DNA of 64,000 nucleotides from Pocillopora damicornis (Eukaryota): NCBI RefSeq assembly GCF_003704095.1, contig NW_020847248.1, positions 1,302,001 to 1,366,000 of the forward strand, read 5' to 3'. Shown piece by piece: positions 55,558 to 64,000 of this stretch (position 1 is its first letter; each line of letters starts with the position of its first letter). The notes under the pieces were generated by a model. It saw only the letters and a program-made list of their open reading frames with translations, ran no database searches and was not told where the DNA came from. The position numbers and the translations under genes were made by a program.

Positions 55558-58500
55558 TCAGCAACTTAAGGTTTGATTCCATCCGCCAAAAGGTCTCGTA
55601 AAGCAATAGTCTCCTACGTCTGATACAAGTAAACAGTGATCGCGAATCACTGGTTCCATAAGTAGTCCCACTACCCCAGCACAAAAAGTTCCGGCCCCCA
55701 TTCCTATGGTGGCAAATCCCATGGCAAATTCCTTAAATCTAGGGTCAGTCTCTGACACCACAACAAAAGCGTTTGTAAAAGCTGCACCCGCGCCAAGACC
55801 AGCGATAAAAATTAGAATGAAAACGATCCACACGTCGTGTAAGAATCTATACCACGCTGCTAGAGTAAAAAACACTAATTGAGCCACTAAGACTAATGAT
55901 AAAATCCATATACGTCTAATCGCGAACACATTGACAAGGCTTGGCTTCAGGGATGCGATCACAGCAAGGTATGACCTAGCAATAAATTCACCGCTCAAAA
56001 ATATAAAAATATAGTATCTATAATGAACTCTAGGCGGAAAAGGGGCGCTTGGAAATGCCATAGTAGTGATAACAGATTGAATGATAACGTATTCGCTGAC
56101 GTAAGCTATGAACAGAGATCCAACTAATGGGAGGATCTTTCCAGCTGTAGAAAGTTTTTCTTTCCATGTGACCATGTTTGCCTGTGACTCCGATTCATTT
56201 AATTCCCCGGCTGTGGCAGCCGCCACAGAATGTTTTTTCTCCATTATGGCATAGAAAATTAGATAGAGAAGAGGTGACCCAGCCATTATCAGCATTGCAT
56301 TGTTCGGTGATACACAACTCCATGTTGTCAAACCTGAAAAAAGAAGGGGAGATTATGAATCAGAGGGTTTAAGTCTTTAAAATGCTTTCCAGCGCCTGTC
56401 CATTTATTTTCGTGAAATTGCGCGAATTTCACCCAACCAAGTCGTATTTTGTCTTAGTTCTGCGTCTGATTGTGACGAAGAAGATCAAGGCGTTAGATTT
56501 CAGAACCAATCACAGAACATCACTAAGCAAAAGAATGAACCCATGGCTTCTTTTGACCCTCTTCAAGATATGTTTTATGGAGTGTATGATAACGCCCTTA
56601 GAGCATTGGAAGAAAATCAAGTATTCTCTCAGGCGAGTGGCACTATTTCAAATATGACAGAATTTCAAACTCACTTGAAGCCAAAAGAAATTAACGAAAC
56701 TAACGAACACGAGAACCTAGAGTCGGACCAGGTGGAGGTTAGAGGTGACAGACCAATCAGAAACTAGAAACTACCAAGAACGAATACTAACGAGTCTGGC
56801 ACGATCTTGGAAAAAAGAAACACGAGAGGCTCACTACAAAGGAACATGAGTCAGATAAACAGATGAAAACTTTCTATTTGAGCACCCACGAATTAGACAC
56901 GATGTCAGAGAGAAGGCACCGAGCAATCGGAAACAGGCAACAACACAGCACGAGCACTTCCGACTGTAATTCTGATGTCTGAAAGAACCCCATTGACCGA
57001 TCGAAAAGGGTGCAATAACAATGTAGTGCATCGAAAACATTCGGACAATTAAAAAGATTGGCATGTGTTAAGATAGCATCAGAGGTGATTGAGATTTTAA
57101 GACAAAATCCTTTTTAATCCAAAATATCAAGATTAGCGACACGATTTGTTTTTCCTTATTCAGAAGTGTGAATGAATATGAGATAATTATAGTCAAGCTA
57201 TTATACTCAAGACATTCTGTAAATCACTTCATTTTGAGCTGTTTTTAATGTCGTTCCTAAGAGGCTAAGCTAAGGTTGTGGTGTCTGGTTGTACTTCGAC
57301 GAAGTGACTGGGTAATGATCTACTAATTGTTTTCTTCTGAGGGTAGTCTACTTCTACGACTGACTATATTCTTTGCTTTTGTAAAAAAATGAACCTCCCA
57401 AAGAGGTGATTTGCTCAGCTTTTTCCCCGACAGCCTACAATAAACAGAACCTGTACAACAAAGGGTAAACGAGCGTGAATCTAATTGATGTCGGATGTTG
57501 ACGTTAATTCAACTTGTCAAATTTTTCTTTTCAGAAATCTGTTTGAAATATTTACGTTATACTGAATTAGATAACAGGTAGCGTTTGACGCCATTTTAAA
57601 ACAAAGCTGGTACCCAAAGTAAACATCCTTGTTGCACCCACATTTACAAATACGATGAGCTTTACTTCTCGTATAAAACTATCCTAATTTACCGAATTTA
57701 TTTTTTTGAGCACCACCCAATTGTGAATAAATATTCAATCTGTCGCGGCCTTAACGTCGGCTTAGGCTCAGATATACAAAATGAAAGATATCTATTCATA
57801 CTCGTCAGTTTTCTGGATAAATGAGCCACCGCTTTCTTCATAGCCGGGTTATCCTTTTAAAACACCAATGACAGTATTATTTTGACCAAAGCTGTTAAAA
57901 TTTCCTGTCAAGACTTAAATGTTGTTGATCAGGTCACTTTTTGAATAATCGTACAATTTTACGAAGTCACGAAGAGATGACATGTCTTCTAAAATTCTAT
58001 AACTGAATGTTCGTTTGAGCAGCGCTGGTAAATGTTGTACAACATATTGCCAATATTGCTCAACAATAACTAAAATAGCACGTAAACTCTAGTAATTTTC
58101 AAACCAAGTTACAAAACCCTGAAATGCTGCTTAAATTACTATGTTAGCGCACGTCCCTAGAAAAACTGTTCTCATTTCAATAAACAGATGTATTATCAGA
58201 GTATCGCTGCGATCTCACTGGAGTCAGTCTGAACAGAGATTGACGGCTTGTGGAAATTTTATTCCCATTAAAATTGAGGTTAAGTTACTCTATTTATCGA
58301 CTGGAGCCACAACAGAACATTTTAGACTCCAGAGGTCTGAAAAGTGCCAGGCTCCGAAAAAAATACCGACCAGTTCGCTGAACTGAAATCAGGTGATCAG
58401 CATTTCATGGCAATGAATACCTCACAAAAGACGCGGTGTTCTTAGAGTTTTACATCTCTTTTTAAGCGAAAACAGACCTCTAATTTTTTATCATCTTTCA

Positions 58501-59133
58501 CGCTCTGAAATACTTCTATGTTTGCGATAATGCACCGATATTTCACCGGAGACCTTATTATGTAAATATTGGTGGAATGCCTGTTCACTTACCAGTATAA
58601 TAAAGAGGTCCCAAGATAAATCCAGAACCTGTACCCGCTGAATAAGCAGCAACAGAAACCTTCTCGTAATAGGCAGTCAATGTAAAAAACGATACTTCCC
58701 CAATTCCGGCTCCGAGGGAGGTCGTACATATTCCAACTAACTTCAGATAGACTTCTTTAGCGTAAACAATGATAAACAGACCTGCTGTAAAAAATGCATA
58801 AATTGCCACTATTCGCACGACGTACGGCATTTTGTGTATAAAATAGGGCGCGATCATTGTCACAAGAAAATACGGACCAACATTTGTCACCAACACTGCG
58901 GCAGTTGGAATGAAGGTACCCGCCAGAATGTCTTGTGCGCCTGAAATGATGACAGAATATACCGTGTAGATCAACGCACCGAAAGCGTAGAAGGCCAGGA
59001 GATTTCGCATTGGCTCCCTTTTTGCTTTTGCAGTTTTGATTACATCTTTGCTTTCGTCGCCTTCCTCACTGTTTTCTTCTTTAATGTCCTTTTCCAGATT
59101 CCTGTCCTCTGCAATCTCCATACCCTTTTCCAT
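55558..59133 (-). CDS. Battenin/CLN3-like lysosomal MFS-type membrane protein, copy 1 (2 coding exons, 438 aa)
   Basis: Exons 58593-59133 and 55558-56333. RNLLAFYAFG...SGAQDIL...TAAVLVTNVGP...APYFIHKMPY, GIGEVSF, YSAGTG, EYVIIQSV, GLGAGAAFTN and KEFAMG parallel CLN3 family motifs. Confidence 0.85.
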
Positions 59134-60285
59134 TATGACTCGCGACCTGAAAGGATCCTATCCCAATGGGTTATTTTCCTTTCCTTCTGGTGGTAGTTGT
59201 GAAATTTTGATAGAATATCAGTTTCTATCCCGTGTAATTTTCACCGTGAAAGGAACCAAAAGAGGATAGAAAAGTCCTTTTACTCACGTCATCTGGCAGC
59301 TAAGGTCGTCAATAAAAATTTGATTGTTCAAGGACACATTCTGTTCGCTTACGTTATACGACCTGGTGGCCAGAAAGAAACAGGAAACAGGGTTAGTTCT
59401 TGACCACCGTTGTATGTAAGGTAGATTAGCAGATGATTTAGGCTTTTCCTGTCTTCTAACCACACAGCTGAGAATCAAGCACGACCGAATGTAGTTCAGA
59501 TTTTCTGACCGAAAACAAGTGGAATATCAGATCCACATCTCAAAATGCTTTAGCTTTCCAAGGTCCTTTGATAATCGGTGACGTTTTGATCGAGAAAAGC
59601 AAAACTAATGACTCTTAAGCAGGTGGTAAAAGTCCACCAGTTAGTTAGCGGCCCAAAGAAAATTACAGCGACCGATATGAATCATGGGGTGTTGTGGTAA
59701 ATTTCTTTCATTTGCAAAGTTTCCTATGATTCCGCGATGAAAACCACGTGGTGCTTTTGGGGAAATTTCTGATATTTCTAGAGTCATAAAAAACATGAGT
59801 AACTAAAGATATAGTATTCAAAGAATGAATTTAGAACCTTATAAGATGATAATTTCCAAGTTAAAAGAAAACTTTACACATATATTTACACAAAAGGTAT
59901 TTCACCCTTTTTAGTATCTTTCTACGCAACAAGAACGCATCCAATTTTTTTTCATTTCTTTAAAATGATATTTATATAGTGTCAAAATTTCTTAAGTCAG
60001 ATATTATAATTATATCGAAAAATCGCAAAGTTTTCAGGGCTCCTTAATATATTGTAAAGCGTGCTAAGAAGGTTTGTTTCTAAGGAAAATTAAGAGCTGT
60101 GAGGCATTTTCATTTTTAGTAATGATATTACTACTAGATATGTATGTATATAAAATGAATAATTATATTATTATTATGAATAAAAATTCCACACATCTCT
60201 CATTTGTACTTAGTGACAAGACATTTTAGCACGTTTCACCAAATGTTAAGGAACTTGAAAGCTTTGCGGTCTTTTGATATAATTT

Positions 60286-60812
60286 TTTAAGAAAATTAAC
60301 TACACTTTTAAAATTAAAAAACACGTTGCGACAGTTCTTCTGTCATCTTCAGTTGTGAATAATACAAAATACAAATTAAATTTAAAGTGTGTAACAAAAT
60401 GCTGATTGTAGAAACAGAAGAATGTATGCATTTACAAGGAAAGTTATAAATTAACATGACCTCTCACATTTTCAGACATCTACAAAATTCTCCGCAATGT
60501 CGCGCTCTTTGTTCTGATGAGTGTTTTAACATCCTAGATCACGTTTCCACAACCTTTTGACTTAAAATCAAAGAAGCTATCCACATTCAAAGGGAGAAAC
60601 CTACACCTAATCATCAACCTTATTACGTTAATTTAAAACCTTCCTTGTAAATGCGTACATTGTTCTGTTACTGTTGTTTGTTTTGTCCATTCAGCATTTT
60701 GTTACACACTTTAAATTCAGCTTTGTACTTTGTATTATTCAGAACTGAAGATGACAGAAGAACTGTCCAAACAAGTTTTTTAATTTTAAAAGTGTCGTTC
60801 ATTTTCCTAAAT
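60286..60812 (+). mobile_element. Penelope-like element remnant: GIY-YIG C-terminus with inverted pseudo-LTR
   Basis: 60462-60650 reads SHIFRHLQNSPQCRALCSDECFNILDHVSTTF*LKIKEAIHIQREKPTPN. About 60286-60457 is the reverse complement of about 60626-60812. Confidence 0.8.
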
Positions 60813-61467
60813 TCGTTACATATCTGCTTCTATCCAGACCTTTTGATATAATTATCTGGTTAAGAAACGTTTTGACAACAGGTCGAGCTCATTTTCAAGA
60901 AATGAAAAATTGAAGGATATTAAAAAAAAGTCCAAGAGTTTTCCTGCCCTACCCTCCCCACCCCTGTAACACTAAAAATTAAACTACTCCTCATTTAAAC
61001 TTCGAACATACTATGGGGTGGATATCATCACAAGACGTTTATTTTGTTCGATCAGTAAATCATTGTTACCTATAGCTTACACCAATTATGTAATCATTTC
61101 CATGTACCAGGCAGGATCAAACCCGGGTCTAATATTGCCGCTCATTATTCAGAGACACGTGGCTGTATTTACACGATAAACATGCATTAAAAAGCAAAAT
61201 CATACACTTTTAGCTTGTTTGTAAGTTCAAGCCTCCTCTTTTTCACGTAACAAGAAAGAAACAGTATTAACATTTTAATATATACCTCACGTTTATGGAA
61301 AGGCATAGCAACATTCTTCATAAATTCGCTATACTCGAACAAGAAAGGGTGTTCCTTTCAAGACTCGTAAAAGTAAACTAGAAGAATGTATCCATAAATT
61401 TAATTCTAACTCGATAGGAGGATCCCTACAAAGAAATTGTTTTTCTTGAAGTTGTGGTGAAATCTCA

Positions 61468-64000
61468 TCATTTACAAACTCCACCACCCTGCAATCGAGT
61501 GAAGCAAAAGCTGTTATGAACGGCCACTATTAAACAATGACTGCGCAGCCAAGGCTCAATTAATAATCCTAACAAGCCAGCGGTGATCGCACCAGCGCCG
61601 GTTGCAGCTGAAGCGTAACCGAGAACGAATTCTCGGGATCTCGGGTCCTCGATCTCGGAATAAACTGATAACATGTTCACATACATGATACCTATAATGA
61701 TACCTCCGATGAAGGAGAGAATTAACACTATCGTAACATCAGTCAAAAAGCGGTACCAGGCTGCAAGCAAAAAGAAAACTAAAAGAGAAATCTCCGCCGC
61801 TGAGAGGAACCATATTCTACGCACTGTAAGCTTTTGGGCCAAGTTCGGCAGAAGATAGGAGAGAAAGATTAAGTAGGATCTACCGAACAGTTCTCCGAAC
61901 AAGAAGACGAAGATATAATATTGATAATGGTCCCGAGGTGGAAAAGGAGCGCTCGGAAACGCTATTGTAGTAACGACCGATTGAATTATCAAATATTCAG
62001 CGATCCACGCGCTGATTATGGAAGCGATAATCGGCCAAACTTTTTTGATTGCTGTGCATTTTTCCTTCCATGTTAAAAGATCATCACCAGGGTTTATGTC
62101 TTGTTCTTCTTCCTCAATTGGTGAATATTGAATGTCTTTGCGGGTGATTCCCTTTGCCGCAGCTTGACCATCCTGGGTATGCTTTCTCTCCATCAGAGCG
62201 TAGAAAATCAGCAAGAAAACCAAACTGACAGCCATAATGGAGATGGTTACGGAAGGAGAAACGCAAGCCCACGTTGTCATAGCTGTAAAAAAAGAGAGCG
62301 AAAGAGAAAATTTTCAGTGGGCTAGGGTACTCGCGTTGGATGAATAAGTTTTATTAAACATATTTTATCAGAAGTTCAATACCCCACGTTGATATCTTCA
62401 AGCAAAAGAAAGCGAAGTGTCTTATCAAGTTCACGAAATTAGACATTTAATTTTTTTCTACAAGGAAAAAAGGGAAAACGTAAAATTAAAAGAAAAAAAA
62501 GCAACAAAGTTTCCTTCAGCGGTTCAGCCAGTCTTTATTCCTTTAAGCTCCATCTACAACTGGGTGAGCTAGCTGTAAAAAAAGTCTTCCTCGCATTCCA
62601 CAAAGTTTACAGAAAGCTTCGACCTCATGCACCCGACTTAAGCTTATCGAGCCTTAGCTGAATTGGCCATTTCTCTACAGCCCTAAGAAGCCTTTAATGT
62701 GATAACGAAAACCTCACAAGCACGATGTTGCAGTCGCCGTGAGCTTTCGAAGTCTCAAATAACTTTACACAGGCCTGAATTTTTTTTCCGGTCTTATTTT
62801 TACTACATCTTGAGAAGTGTTCATTACTGCGAAGATCGCTTTCATATTCTTTTTTTTAACCGCAATTCACATATATGATTTTCATAAAACCACAGTCATT
62901 TATACATTTTGTAGCTAACAGCACACGACAATATTAAGGAGCAACTCGAGAAAATCGTAACTCGTATGGCGGCAAATTTTATCTAGAGTTTCGTTGACTC
63001 GCCATAGTATCTCGGCAAAATGACAATCCAAGTTTTAAAGTTGTTCAAAACTCCTTAGTCACTGCTTGCTGCTTTTTATCAGATAACAATGAGAGATTTG
63101 GGAATGATAAAACATTGATTCTTAAATCAACTTTGGAAAGAGAAGGGTCACCAAGCACTGCGCGTAAGAAATCAGCTAGCCTGAACAGCTAAGTGAGCGT
63201 GAATTGACGTTTTTAGGGTGTATCTGTCCTTTAAGTAAAACAGCCATAACACGGACCAAAGAAATTTTAGTGAAATCGCAGAGCACACTACTCATCAAAA
63301 GAGTAAACTAACTAGCACATGAAATTTTCATTTTGATCTGATAGCCATCAAATAAGTGTACATACTTCTTCATAATTAAATTGACATCTCAGGCACAGGA
63401 TCATATTCAGTATTTTCAAATGTTGATTTAGTCGGTTAAAATAGATAGATTGTCAGGCTGCTTTGGAATGTGTTTCTACCGTGTGTTTACTCATCGCCTT
63501 AGGGAAGGGTTGCATTGCACACGGTGACGAAGATAAAAAGTTATTTTTTAGAGAGATACCTGTGTAATAGAGCGGTGCCATTGATATACCAGTTCCTGTA
63601 CCAGCTGAGAAGGCGCTAACAGCTGTTCCATGATAGAAGGACGTCATTGCAATAAAAGATAATTCTCCCAAACCAAATCCAAACGAGGAGAGAGAAATTC
63701 CCAACAACCTCACCCCAACGCGTTTAGCGGAAACTACCATTGTAAGTCCGGTAACCATAAGGAAAAATATGGCCAGTATGCGCGGGAAATATGCGATCTT
63801 TTGAATGAAGTATGGTGCTACAACAGTTATGATAAAATAAGGCCCGACATTGGCAACCAGCACGGCTGATGTTGGCACAAAGGTCCCAGCCAGGATGTCT
63901 TGAGCGCCTGATATTATCAATGAGTAGGTTGCGTAGATCAAGAAGCCGAAAACAAAGAAAGCACAAATCGTTCCTGGCTTTTCTCGTGATGAATCTGTGT
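61468..64000 (-). CDS. Battenin/CLN3-like protein, copy 2 (5' end outside the window)
   Basis: Exons 63560->64000 and 61468-62282. Same single intron position (PLYYT/xxTTW.CVSP) and motifs as copy 1. Confidence 0.85.

Noticed and set aside
56543-57060. Coding-like plus-strand stretch in the CLN3-like intron
   Set aside because: Multiple stops and no identifiable family; at most an unassigned relic.

Overview
Eukaryotic, AT-rich, gapped genomic window with GT-AG introns. It is most likely a stony coral (Pocillopora/Stylophora-like), inferred from repeat and gene-family content, not proven. The main signal is not visible in the ORF track. Splicing short exons by hand reveals a cluster (2.5-31 kb) of five full-length paralogues (A, B, C, D, F; B partly in an N gap), one truncated copy (E) and one inverted orphan exon. 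They encode 169-194 aa secreted prepropeptides: signal peptide, conserved Cys-containing pro-domain, furin-type site (RIRR/RIKR/RTKR; only KR in A) and a hypervariable C-terminal peptide in the last exon. Predicted mature peptides are either strongly cationic, strictly alternating beta-strand peptides (e.g. FKIRIRIKVSIKIKISFKRK) or Cys-rich peptides. This is cathelicidin/BRICHOS-like logic with a pro-domain I do not recognise, so it is a candidate undescribed antimicrobial/toxin peptide family. The cluster also holds a Ctr (SLC31) copper transporter inside a segmental duplication, plus DIRS, Crypton and Penelope relics, some with hammerhead-like motifs. The right half is ordinary: a class A GPCR, NDUFS7 head-to-head with a secreted VWA+PAN gene, an orphan disordered protein and two tandem CLN3/battenin-like genes. 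All gene models were derived by eye; no database search was possible.
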